Positions 1-9,508 of a stretch of DNA of 64,000 nucleotides are shown one piece after another. Source of the DNA: Methanobacteriota archaeon (lineage in GTDB: Archaea > Thermoplasmatota > Poseidoniia > Poseidoniales > Poseidoniaceae); NCBI GenBank assembly GCA_004195515.1, contig PSPR01000009.1, positions 13,170 to 77,169 on the forward strand. The letters are read 5' to 3'. How positions within the stretch are numbered: position 1 is the first letter of the stretch; every line of letters begins with the position of its first letter. The notes beneath the pieces are model-generated. The model saw nothing but the letters and a program-made list of their open reading frames with translations, was not told the origin of the DNA and did not search any database. The position numbers and the translations under genes were made by a program.

Positions 1-1
1 A

Positions 2-652
2 GAATTAAAACTTGCAGGCCTAAAGAGAGTGACGGTTTCTTTAGACGCGATCGATATCGAAACCTTTCAGGTTATGAGCGATACAAAAGCAAACCCAGAA
101 ACCGTACTCAGAGGTATTGAATCCGCTCGACTCGCTGGCCTTAAGGTCAAAGTAAATACCGTGATTCGAGCCGGCTATAATGAACATTCGATCAAAGCGA
201 TTCCTGAGCGATTCCTCGGCACCGATGTAATTGTGAGATTCATTGAATTCATGGACGTCGGTGAAACTAATTCATGGAATTTACAAGAGGTCGTTACCGG
301 CGATCAAATGAGGTCGATGTTTGACCATTTGAAATCACTTGAGGCCAATAACATTGGAGAGGTCGCTAATAGATACAAATTTGGTAACCAAGAGATCGGA
401 TTCATTGAAAGCGTATCCAAACCATTCTGCAATGATTGTAGCCGAGCAAGAATATCAGCCGATGGAGCCTTGCACACATGCTTATTTTCATCCGACGGCC
501 ATGATCTGAAGGCCATTCTAAGAATGGGTGCGAGTAAAGATGACTTGTCAAAAGCAATTTCAACCATCTGGAATGGGCGTAGTGATGCATATTCTGAACA
601 AAGAGGGTCGGTCGAGCACACAAAGGTCGAAATGTCCTATATCGGTGGATGA
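2..652 (+). CDS. moaA: GTP 3',8-cyclase MoaA (5'-truncated by window edge)
   Basis: Frame open from position 2 (ELKLAGLKRVTVSLD); RFIEFM, FCNDCSRARISADG..C C-terminal Fe-S motif, terminal MSYIGG. Confidence 0.95.
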   Translation, partial: ELKLAGLKRVTVSLDAIDIETFQVMSDTKANPETVLRGIESARLAGLKVKVNTVIRAGYNEHSIKAIPERFLGTDVIVRFIEFMDVGETNSWNLQEVVTGDQMRSMFDHLKSLEANNIGEVANRYKFGNQEIGFIESVSKPFCNDCSRARISADGALHTCLFSSDGHDLKAILRMGASKDDLSKAISTIWNGRSDAYSEQRGSVEHTKVEMSYIGG

Positions 653-1132
653 TCAATTGGTTACTGGCAGTTTTGCCCTGAACAATAGAGTGTCAGTACC
701 ACTATCGGTTACTTGAAAATAATGCGAGCCATCTCCACAATTCAATTGGTTACAATCAATGACAAAATAATCACCGGTACTGACCGACCAACCTGCGTCT
801 CGGTCATGGAATGATACCTTTGAGCCAACCGTGCCATATACATCGGCATCGTCTGCTTGTCCACTCAATAAGTAACGGTTTTCACCGGATTCATTCATTA
901 CCGACCAATCGATTTTTCCTGGATCTAAAGATTGGTCGAGATAAGTGATTGTGATAACGTGATAACCATTTGAAAGAGCTCTAACCGATACTTTCGACCG
1001 AGGAGGGCTCTTTTCTGCTCCATCCAAAGTTGACGACATCATTAGAAAAACCATACTCGTTAACAATACGGTAATCGCAAGCAAAAGAACCGTCGCGATG
1101 ACTGGGCTTACCGCCTCATCATCCTGCTGCAT
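653..1132 (-). CDS. Archaeal type IV pilin (class III signal peptide, DUF1628-like)
   Basis: N-terminus DDEA|VSPVIATVLLLAITVLL is typical of archaeal pilins, followed by a small beta-rich domain. Confidence 0.88.
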   Translation of the reverse strand: MQQDDEAVSPVIATVLLLAITVLLTSMVFLMMSSTLDGAEKSPPRSKVSVRALSNGYHVITITYLDQSLDPGKIDWSVMNESGENRYLLSGQADDADVYGTVGSKVSFHDRDAGWSVSTGDYFVIDCNQLNCGDGSHYFQVTDSGTDTLLFRAKLPVTN

Positions 1133-1180
1133 AACTTAGCCGTTAGGCCGGAGCCACTTCAAACAATCGCTTCTAAACCG

Positions 1181-2344
1181 TCAGAACAACCATAATGTTC
1201 TATCACAACTCATCGCCCGCCTAATACCACCGATCGGGCCTAGGATTCTCATCATGAGTTCACTAAGCCAATCATTGCGCAAGAATGTATATGCTAACCA
1301 TTTTGCACGTTTGGAATTCTTCAAAGCCCGACCCATCGATTTCATTACTCTTTTTTGATATAATTCGAGAGGAGTGCCAGACTCTATATTATCGACGATA
1401 GCATCAGCTGCGAATTTTCCAGAGATCATAGCTTGACTGATCCCACCACCATTCGAAGGCATTACCAATCCGGCAGCGTCTCCGATTGCGAGGATATTGC
1501 CTTCGACCATCTTTTCGACCGGACCGGACATTGGAATCCAGCCACCGCCCCAGGATAAGATTTCGAATCCCATCTCATCACAAAATTTCTGAAGGTGAGG
1601 TTTGAGATCGCCGGGTAATTTTCCTGCCCTAACCCCTAAACCGACATTTGCGATTTCGCCTTTTGGAATTATCCAAGCATAACCGCTAGGTGCAATATTC
1701 CCGATGAATACATCGAAACTTTCCGGGACCGGACCTTGGACTTGAGCATAAATTGTAGGCACTTGCTCGCGCGGTCTATAGCGGGATGAGTCTTTGTGCT
1801 TCAGCCGTGATACATGAGCTAAAGCACCGCTAGCATCAATGATATAATCGGCGCTATAACGACCCTTATCGGTGACCAATAAATCGGTGCCATCCTTTTT
1901 TGTTATGATATTCTTCAGCGCTTCTCCGACTCTGATCTCCGCTCCTGATTGGTTTGCAAGTTCTGCCAAATAGCCATCGAATTGTAGTCTATGTCCACCG
2001 AAAGCGTCCAACTCGAATGAATAAAATTTCCCTGATGGTAAAAAAACACGCATATTGTCGAGTCGATGAGATCTGAGTCGGTCTGGGAAGTCAAATAATT
2101 CGATCAACCATTCATCATCATCGATGCCAGAAAACGTTCCTACAACCTCGCCCCAATTTGGTATACATTCACCGCACTGAGCCGGATTGCCTACTATCTC
2201 TCGTCGTTCCAATACCAAAACGTCAACACCTTGTTCTGCCAATCGCTTTGCTGCAGAACTTCCACCGGGGCCAGCGCCGATTATTATGACACTTCGATGT
2301 TCGATTTCTTTCATCAGTTCACCACAATATATCTTATCGGTCAC
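1181..2344 (-). CDS. Geranylgeranyl reductase family FAD oxidoreductase
   Basis: IIGAGPGG, CGE, PSGYAWIIP and GDAAGLVMPSNGGGI motifs; overlaps the upstream prenyl synthase by 11 bp. Confidence 0.88.
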   Translation of the reverse strand: MTDKIYCGELMKEIEHRSVIIIGAGPGGSSAAKRLAEQGVDVLVLERREIVGNPAQCGECIPNWGEVVGTFSGIDDDEWLIELFDFPDRLRSHRLDNMRVFLPSGKFYSFELDAFGGHRLQFDGYLAELANQSGAEIRVGEALKNIITKKDGTDLLVTDKGRYSADYIIDASGALAHVSRLKHKDSSRYRPREQVPTIYAQVQGPVPESFDVFIGNIAPSGYAWIIPKGEIANVGLGVRAGKLPGDLKPHLQKFCDEMGFEILSWGGGWIPMSGPVEKMVEGNILAIGDAAGLVMPSNGGGISQAMISGKFAADAIVDNIESGTPLELYQKRVMKSMGRALKNSKRAKWLAYTFLRNDWLSELMMRILGPIGGIRRAMSCDRTLWLF

Positions 2345-3305
2345 TCAATTTTGAGACGATGAATCTCATCAGTTCTTTAGCTTGACTATCCTCGAAAACA
2401 TCTAGGTATGATAATGCCCTCTCAAGATGGTTTTCGATCAAGATTTCAGCATATGATAAACTATCTGAGCGTTGGAGTAATTCTATTAACTCATCGAAAT
2501 ATTCATCTTTAAAATCTGATAATATCTCACCCAGCCTTGCCCTTTCTTCACTATGTAAAAGAGTCAGAGCATGGATAAGAGGCAATGTCATCTTACCTTC
2601 ATGAACATCAGAGCCCCGAGGTTTGCCCATATTGTCATCCCCTTTGATATCCAATAAATCGTCAACCAATTGGAATGCAACTCCTAATTCCATTCCAAAG
2701 TTCGCCATCGCATCAGACTGATTTTTCGGTTTGCCAGCCACCATGACCGCACCTTCGCAGCCAGCAGAGAAAGGACCTGCAGTCTTGCCTTTTACCACTT
2801 CAAGATAATCTTCTGGAGAAGTCGTTAAATCCATAACGTGGTTTAGTTGATGAAATTCTGAACTGGCTATTTTTGCACAACAATTGGACATTACATCGAC
2901 CACTTCGCCTCGGTATCGACCACCGAGGCCAAAGCCTTGAACGAATAACCAATCGCCGGCAATGATAGCTTTTGCTTCGCCTTCTTGGGAATGAATCGTG
3001 GCTTTGTTTCGGCGAGTATCGGCTTGATCGTTAATATCATCATGGACCAAAGTCGCTGTATGAATCAATTCGAAAGCAAGAGCGAGTGGCATAACTTCTT
3101 CCAGATTTTCACCACCTGCCATCTCATATGCTAAGAGAACCATTATTGGACGAAGCCGCTTGCCACCGGCAAGTAATACCGAACCTGAAATAGTTGCAAC
3201 CTCGCCGAATATCTTGGATTTCTCTTCGATTAATACTTCTAAAAGTTCATCTATTTCTATGCGCATTTGGTCGAGAATTGCTAGTGCCTCATTCTCTTCC
3301 ATCAT
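2334..3305 (-). CDS. trans-polyprenyl diphosphate synthase
   Basis: GGKRLRP, FARM ATLVHDDIND..RR, GKTA, SARM FQLVDDLLD; start taken at ATG 3305. Confidence 0.92.
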   Translation of the reverse strand: MMEENEALAILDQMRIEIDELLEVLIEEKSKIFGEVATISGSVLLAGGKRLRPIMVLLAYEMAGGENLEEVMPLALAFELIHTATLVHDDINDQADTRRNKATIHSQEGEAKAIIAGDWLFVQGFGLGGRYRGEVVDVMSNCCAKIASSEFHQLNHVMDLTTSPEDYLEVVKGKTAGPFSAGCEGAVMVAGKPKNQSDAMANFGMELGVAFQLVDDLLDIKGDDNMGKPRGSDVHEGKMTLPLIHALTLLHSEERARLGEILSDFKDEYFDELIELLQRSDSLSYAEILIENHLERALSYLDVFEDSQAKELMRFIVSKLSDR

Positions 3306-3385
3306 GCCTTGCCACAGGGGTGTCCTTCTTAACGGGTGGCGGGCGCACACGGCATGTGGGCACTATGCTCGCCGAGGTGATTGTG

Positions 3386-4486
3386 ATGAACGAGGAGGAC
3401 AGATTCGAAATTCTAATTTCACCCGAAAACGGCAACGGAGTCTACACTCATACTATGAAAGCCATCGATAACCTTGGTGATGATTTAACTCTCGTACCCA
3501 AAGAAGTCCCTCATGTAGAGAGCGCTTTGGAATTATTACTCGATGGTCATGCTGACATGATGGCTGTTTCTGCAAACTGGTGGTTTGCAAACCGCCGACC
3601 TGACCTGAAGCCTGCAGTTGTTCTGCCTCGCCGTGAACCAACGATGGTTTTGGTTAGTGAAGACAAACCTGAATATGTTCCATCGAAGGGAATTATCGTA
3701 GCTCAAAGCGAGTTGTTGAAGCGGCAATTTATTCGGGCAAGACCAGATGTTAAGGTCGTTCTAGCCTCAGAACTTGAGAATGCTCCAGAACATGCTTTAG
3801 AACGGGCAAATTGGCTTGAAGATAAGCGTTTAGATAATGAAATTGATGGCTATATCATCCCTCGATCTTTACATGCAACACTCCCATTTAGAGCCCGACG
3901 CCATACTTTAGGCCTCCAAAGGGAGAACCCTGAAAGATTCCGATTTGTCCCCCCTCCGCTCGAAGGATTTACCATCTTCTTAGCGAGATTAGATTTTCCC
4001 GCCGCTCGGTTTTTCAATATTATCGATGCTGGTGCGGCCATCACCTTGCGATTGGAACTGATGTTATTGGATCATATTCCAGATGATTTACGCAATAAGG
4101 TCGGTTTGATTTTCGAGCAACGCAAAGTCGGGGCTGTTCTCAGAGAGGCAACCAGGGCTGGGGATGAATTATTTGCTAAGGGAATAGTTAGCGATAAAGG
4201 CAAAATCAAAGGGTCATCCAGAATCGATGGTATCATCGAATTTTTGAATTCGGATGGCAGCACTACCGCATGTGTGGAAAAGGTATTCCCACTTGAGGAA
4301 GCACATTCTGGATCACAGAGTCTTTTGACCGAGTTTAATGCATTATTGACTGTTATGTGCGAAGTCCCCGAAGAGGAAGAGCGCGTCCGTATCAAACAGA
4401 TGATTGACGATTATACCGAGGACCTCATACAAAGCGGTAGACTTTCCGAAAACCGTATTGGAACTTCGATGATGAGAGATTATTGA
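3386..4486 (+). CDS. Porphobilinogen deaminase (HemC)-like protein, degenerate active site
   Basis: LLDGHADMMAVS..VLPRREPTMVLVS..SELLKRQFIRARPD aligns by eye to HemC domains 1-2; SD GAGGTGA at 3374-3380. Confidence 0.6.
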   Translation: MNEEDRFEILISPENGNGVYTHTMKAIDNLGDDLTLVPKEVPHVESALELLLDGHADMMAVSANWWFANRRPDLKPAVVLPRREPTMVLVSEDKPEYVPSKGIIVAQSELLKRQFIRARPDVKVVLASELENAPEHALERANWLEDKRLDNEIDGYIIPRSLHATLPFRARRHTLGLQRENPERFRFVPPPLEGFTIFLARLDFPAARFFNIIDAGAAITLRLELMLLDHIPDDLRNKVGLIFEQRKVGAVLREATRAGDELFAKGIVSDKGKIKGSSRIDGIIEFLNSDGSTTACVEKVFPLEEAHSGSQSLLTEFNALLTVMCEVPEEEERVRIKQMIDDYTEDLIQSGRLSENRIGTSMMRDY

Positions 4487-5191
4487 TCAAATAGTCGGTT
4501 TGGGTCCTTCTCCAATCAAATCACTAATCTTTTCTTGACTAGCTGCAATGCTTTCAGGGTCTCTCTGATTTCCTGCGAGAATTAAATCATATCCACCAGT
4601 ATTTAATTCGGTTTGTAATTCGGCCATTTCTGCCGGAGGATTTTGGTCAACTGCATCGGAAATAGATTCGTCAACCTCACGAGCAGAAGCTTCCCAGGAT
4701 GCTGCCATTTTGAGAATATCCGATGTGAAATCTTCGATTATTTCAACCGCATGCGGAGGTTTTGCCAAAACTGCTTGCAATTTGTCAATCACTTTTTCAT
4801 GAAGTTTTTTCAATTCACCCAATCTGGCTGCCGCCTCGATGATCTGGTCAGCCATTTCTTCTCGATTTCCGCCTCTCCTCATACGTTTTTGCGCCTTATC
4901 GAGAGAACGTTTGACCTCGGTAGAGCCAGCGATTATCGCATCTTGAACCGAGGCAACCTCATTCAGCGTTTCTTGGGCAGCATCAGTTCGAGCACGCATT
5001 ATTTCCTGCAATTTTACTTCACGGCGGCGCAGGTCAGCGCCGATTTGTTCAACCATTCCGGTGGCGAGGTAATTTGCATCCTTCAGAGATGACTTGACCG
5101 CACGCTCATATCGACCCATTCCGCTTTCCTCAAACCGCTGTTCAACCTGAATAGGTTTGAATGTGTTGGCGATTCGCCCACTATTTCCCAT
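4487..5191 (-). CDS. Hypothetical all-helical coiled-coil protein
   Basis: Long A/E/K/R/Q-rich heptad-like ORF; convergent stop abuts the HemC-like gene; start inferred at ATG 5191. Confidence 0.75.
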   Translation of the reverse strand: MGNSGRIANTFKPIQVEQRFEESGMGRYERAVKSSLKDANYLATGMVEQIGADLRRREVKLQEIMRARTDAAQETLNEVASVQDAIIAGSTEVKRSLDKAQKRMRRGGNREEMADQIIEAAARLGELKKLHEKVIDKLQAVLAKPPHAVEIIEDFTSDILKMAASWEASAREVDESISDAVDQNPPAEMAELQTELNTGGYDLILAGNQRDPESIAASQEKISDLIGEGPKPTI

Positions 5192-5297
5192 ATAGACGGC
5201 CGGTTGAATCCGGTCCAAGAACCGGCCTCTTATGCGAGGTCTCAAGGTGCAACCTCAAATATGGAAAGAGTCGCAAGAGGGGTTAGAGGTTGATAAC

Positions 5298-6923
5298 GTG
5301 AACGAGAAACAAGCGCTCTTGTCACAACTCCATCAAGCGAGATTGGATCGTTTGAAGGAAGTTTGCGCCGAATTTGAATTGTCCAGAACAGGTTCTGTCG
5401 AGGTTGTTCGAGCGAGATTGATTGCAGACCTTATTCTCGATGAATGGGATTTAAGCGATGATGGAATCGCAAATATTCTCAATAAAGACCTCGGATCGGT
5501 AATGGCAATCTTCGGAATTAAAAAATCCGGTTCAATCAGACAACGACGTCAGAGGTTATGGCTACATCTCAATAGAGATGCCAAGCAACTAATTCCTGAA
5601 AAAATGGAGCATCTTACCAGGGAAGAACTTCATGATTTATGCATTAAATTGGACTTGCCTCGCTCAGGTACCAAACAAGCATTATTGATGAGAGTCGCAG
5701 GGGTTTTAACCTCCCAAACTGGATCGTGGGGCTCGATTAAGAAGAGTTTGCGCAGGCCTCGAGGCGAGGTTAAGCCAATGGTTATTCCAAGTCCTAGTGA
5801 AATCGAAGAGGCCGAACATATTCCCGAGGAAATCCCTGTCGAAAGTAATATCGAAATCATCGAATTTGAAGAAATTATTGAAATCGATGAACCAATGGTT
5901 GATACATTCGATGAAATAGAACTAACCACTGGGGTTTTAGACATTGAAAACCGAGTTGCTGAAGTTGATTCAATGTGTAGAGAATTCCTGGTTTTTGGTG
6001 ATATTACCGATCCAAACGATGTTGAAGCATTCATCGATGGTTTGAGCCAAAGTGGCTTGATGGTCGACGATTCTAATGTGAGGACTTTTATCTCAAACCG
6101 GCTAAATTACCTACAACGCCAATCCCAAGAGGAGATCGATGCGATTCACTCCACGCCAAATTCATGGGTGGAGAGAGAAGCATTACGTAGATTTGAGGAA
6201 TCAAGAAGTCGGTTGAGAGAATCTCTAAAAGATATAATTCAAGATAATCCAAACGAAACCGTTCAAGCGAGGATGGCCTTTGAGCAACAAGCGAGAGACC
6301 TTGGCTTAGATTTAAGAATTCCAGCAATTTCTGGCAGAGTTCATGCTCTATTTGACCTTCAAATTTCACTCGATGAAGACGTCGCAACCACCGACCCACG
6401 AGGCGCAAGAAGAATCAGAGTAATTCGCCTCTTACAACACGGTGCTATTCATCTAAAGCCTGAAGAGCGGCGCTGTATGGACCGGCTCGAACGCAATATT
6501 GCAGGTTTTGAACAATTGGTAGAAACGATCATGGAGAAATCCGAAGGGACATTTAACGAAGCTCAACAAGCCCTGGTAATCAGGTTCCTCGACAAACGTG
6601 GTTACGAAGTCAATACCCCGGAACTCCGACCGAGAGTAATTTCTGCTGCAGGCGTTTTAGGCGCAGAATTAGGCTATATCACACCTGCTGAAATACCAAA
6701 GATGGCTCCTGGCATTATGGTTTCTGATACCGAAGTTGATTCAATTATAACCGAGCTCAAACGCTTATCACAACAATTTGGCACCCCTCAAGCCGAAAAA
6801 ACCCAAGACGTAGATGAAGAATTAGCAGAATCGGTTGCTGATGCATCTGACCGGGTGGACGCTGCAAGAAAGCGATTGGACGGCGTCGACGACTTATTGG
6901 CTCGATTAAAAGTCACAAAGTGA
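5298..6923 (+). CDS. Tandem SAP-domain protein with acidic linker and helical C-terminal region
   Basis: Three SAP-like motifs: LKEVCAEFELSRTGSVEVVRARL, LGSVMAIFGIKKSGSIRQRRQRL, LTREELHDLCIKLDLPRSGTKQALLMRV; GTG start after GAGGT. Confidence 0.75.
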   Translation: MNEKQALLSQLHQARLDRLKEVCAEFELSRTGSVEVVRARLIADLILDEWDLSDDGIANILNKDLGSVMAIFGIKKSGSIRQRRQRLWLHLNRDAKQLIPEKMEHLTREELHDLCIKLDLPRSGTKQALLMRVAGVLTSQTGSWGSIKKSLRRPRGEVKPMVIPSPSEIEEAEHIPEEIPVESNIEIIEFEEIIEIDEPMVDTFDEIELTTGVLDIENRVAEVDSMCREFLVFGDITDPNDVEAFIDGLSQSGLMVDDSNVRTFISNRLNYLQRQSQEEIDAIHSTPNSWVEREALRRFEESRSRLRESLKDIIQDNPNETVQARMAFEQQARDLGLDLRIPAISGRVHALFDLQISLDEDVATTDPRGARRIRVIRLLQHGAIHLKPEERRCMDRLERNIAGFEQLVETIMEKSEGTFNEAQQALVIRFLDKRGYEVNTPELRPRVISAAGVLGAELGYITPAEIPKMAPGIMVSDTEVDSIITELKRLSQQFGTPQAEKTQDVDEELAESVADASDRVDAARKRLDGVDDLLARLKVTK

Positions 6924-6932
6924 GTTCAAAAC

Positions 6933-8183
6933 TCACCTCGATGCATAGAAACCTTGGATGACCTTGGTAACCGTTTCGATATCGTTAATCGAACGGTTGG
7001 ATAAATCGGCAAGAATTTGCTCTCGTTGGCGAACATGTTGTTCAAATTGAGCAGGAGTTATCCCCGCAGCAGTACAAATGGTCTCTCTCATCTTTGAAGG
7101 AATCCCAGTCTCTTCTATCTGATCGGTCGAAGCATTATATTTCCATATAACATTGAGTCGAGGTTTATCCCCCTCCATACCTGCTACTTCAGCAACTTCG
7201 ATGATCTTTCTTGCAGTTTTCCCATTTACATGGAGTCTTGCTTGGATGATAATAAGATCCAATCCTGTGAGCATAATCGGTGGCACATTCATCGGCGGAT
7301 TTATCATCCTAGTGATTGTTTCTTGGCCGGAATTTGCGTGCAGTGAACCGAAAGAACCGTCGTGGCCAGTATTCATTGCTGTTAGTAAAGTTGCAGCCTC
7401 ACTACCTCTTACCTCTCCAACAATAATTCGATCAGGTCTCATTCTCAATGATGATTTTAAACAATCATTCATGTCGACCTCAGGAGTACCATCTGGTCGC
7501 TCACGCCGAGTTTCCATTCTGAGCCAGTGATCGTGATAAACCTGTAATTCAGCAGTATCTTCTACAGTAAGTAGGCGTTTTGACCAAGGGATAAACATTC
7601 CAAGGCAATTGAGAGTTGTGGTTTTACCAGAACCTGTTCCTCCAGCGATAACGAAATTCGCTGGACGGCTGTCAAGCCCTTCGATCCAAACCCACATCAT
7701 TGCTGCAAGACGTAGGTTCACGGTTCCGAATTGAATCAAATTTATCATAGTTAGTGGATCTTCCATGAATTTTCTGATGGTCAAGGTCGGCCCATCAGGA
7801 GAAACCGGTGGAATCGTCCCATTCACACGCGAGCCATCGGGCAGACGGCCATCGAAAATCGGGACCAATCCTGGTCCATCACCAAGTGGAACCGCTGTGA
7901 ATGCGGCGATATTACGAGCGATTTCAAGGCCCTGCTCATCATCGACCCATACATTTGTTCGACACATTCCATGCTCTCGATGAGCCACTTTTACACATTG
8001 TGCCCCACCGTTATACATCACTTCTTCAAGTTGGTCGTCATCGAAAAGAACCGCTAAATTCCCATAGGGGTTTGGTTCAACTTCACCATCAACATGGTAC
8101 ATCGGTGCAGGATGGGTAGGTTCTGTGTAAATCGTAACCCTACCGTATTGGTCTATTATTTCTTCCATTTTTTTAGCCTCCAA
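6933..8183 (-). CDS. Type IV pilus/secretion ATPase (CpaF/TadA/VirB11 family)
   Basis: EEVMYNG, DGRLPDGSRVN, Walker A GGTGSGKTT, VEDTAEL, LRMRPDRIIVGEVRG, MNTGH..SLHA. Confidence 0.95.
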   Translation of the reverse strand: MEAKKMEEIIDQYGRVTIYTEPTHPAPMYHVDGEVEPNPYGNLAVLFDDDQLEEVMYNGGAQCVKVAHREHGMCRTNVWVDDEQGLEIARNIAAFTAVPLGDGPGLVPIFDGRLPDGSRVNGTIPPVSPDGPTLTIRKFMEDPLTMINLIQFGTVNLRLAAMMWVWIEGLDSRPANFVIAGGTGSGKTTTLNCLGMFIPWSKRLLTVEDTAELQVYHDHWLRMETRRERPDGTPEVDMNDCLKSSLRMRPDRIIVGEVRGSEAATLLTAMNTGHDGSFGSLHANSGQETITRMINPPMNVPPIMLTGLDLIIIQARLHVNGKTARKIIEVAEVAGMEGDKPRLNVIWKYNASTDQIEETGIPSKMRETICTAAGITPAQFEQHVRQREQILADLSNRSINDIETVTKVIQGFYASR

Positions 8184-8904
8184 TAATCAATACCATCACG
8201 TGGTATATGGACATCGAAATTGCCATCCAAATTGGTGCCCACCATAATGAATGACGTAATCTTCCTAGCATTCGTCCACCAACCGATACTGCGATAAATG
8301 AAGCAGCACCGAAAAAGTAGATAAAAGATTTGTTGAATCCGTCCAATTGGTAACCGGCTGCATGTGGTGCGAAGAGACCTACGATAAATGCGATTAAAAA
8401 CGGCAAGCCCAAAGAAACGAAAAGCATAATCAAGACAGAACGTCCCATCAAATCGGTCTCTCTGAGATTCATTAAATCGTTCAATCTTTCATAATCTCGA
8501 GATAAACTTGCAAGGATTTCCTTAAGAGGAGCATCATTTTCTATAGCGGTAGCGAGCAAATGCATTACCCTTTGGACCTGACTTGATCTTGTCTTGGTTG
8601 CAAAATTTGCAAGTGCTGCATCGAAGGATGACGAATGACTTTCAGCCATAGCCTCTCGTAATAACTTCCCCAATACGCCAGTATTTCGATCCGCTTCAGC
8701 CATCATCGCTTGTTGTAAACCGAGTCCGGCACCCAGAGAGTCCGATAAAGCTTCGAGCATAGCTGGGAGATCATTCTCGATTTTTCGCCTGCGGCCTCTC
8801 TCGATAATCGGGGGTACACCGCCCGCTGCACAAGCGACGCCAAAAGTGAATAAGAAAAGAATTAGTGGTTGATTTCGGAACATTTCGAGAATACTGAATA
8901 TCAT
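8173..8904 (-). CDS. Type II secretion system F family (TadB/TadC-like) platform protein
   Basis: IENDLPAMLEALSDSLGAGLGL T2SSF signature, several TM helices, overlaps the ATPase start. Confidence 0.88.
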   Translation of the reverse strand: MIFSILEMFRNQPLILFLFTFGVACAAGGVPPIIERGRRRKIENDLPAMLEALSDSLGAGLGLQQAMMAEADRNTGVLGKLLREAMAESHSSSFDAALANFATKTRSSQVQRVMHLLATAIENDAPLKEILASLSRDYERLNDLMNLRETDLMGRSVLIMLFVSLGLPFLIAFIVGLFAPHAAGYQLDGFNKSFIYFFGAASFIAVSVGGRMLGRLRHSLWWAPIWMAISMSIYHVMVLIIGG

Positions 8905-8913
8905 CTAATCACC

Positions 8914-9495
8914 TCACAATCCTGGATCTTTAGTATGAGCCTTTATTCCTGTCATCGCCATACCAGCCGCCGTAATTACCAATCCAATATTCACGATTGA
9001 CGTCATGAGCCCCTGGTCGATAGTTCCGAATAATTCTTCAGCACCAGCCATCAATTGTGGAGCAATTCCAACAATAGATAAGATGATTGGGCCTATCATT
9101 CCAATCGATAATAGAGTTTCGGGAACTCCACCTAAATCTTCAATATATGCCTTCACTTTTTCTGTGCGCTTCTCTTCCATCCTTGCACCTTGCTTTCGCA
9201 AAGTATCAATGATGTCGGTATTCTGGGTAACGTTATTAATCATGGTATTGATGACTCTTTTATAACCATCATCGTCAGCTTTCCTGTGTAAATCTCGTAA
9301 TTCCTTTTCGAGTGAACGCCCTTTATTAATTCCGATCATTAGTGAATCGAAATCTTCGGAAATCACTCCGTAACCACCTTGGGCAATGCTATGAATAGTA
9401 GCTTCAAGACCTACACCTGACCCCAGCAAGACATCCATTGTCCTAATCACGTATAGTGATTCCCGGGCTTCTTCTACAGCTCGCATTTTGGTCAC
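8914..9495 (-). CDS. Type II secretion system F family (TadC-like) protein
   Basis: MDVLLGSGVGLEATI..YGVISEDF T2SSF pattern plus two C-terminal TM helices. Confidence 0.85.
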   Translation of the reverse strand: MTKMRAVEEARESLYVIRTMDVLLGSGVGLEATIHSIAQGGYGVISEDFDSLMIGINKGRSLEKELRDLHRKADDDGYKRVINTMINNVTQNTDIIDTLRKQGARMEEKRTEKVKAYIEDLGGVPETLLSIGMIGPIILSIVGIAPQLMAGAEELFGTIDQGLMTSIVNIGLVITAAGMAMTGIKAHTKDPGL

Positions 9496-9508
9496 CTAAT
9501 TTGCTTGT

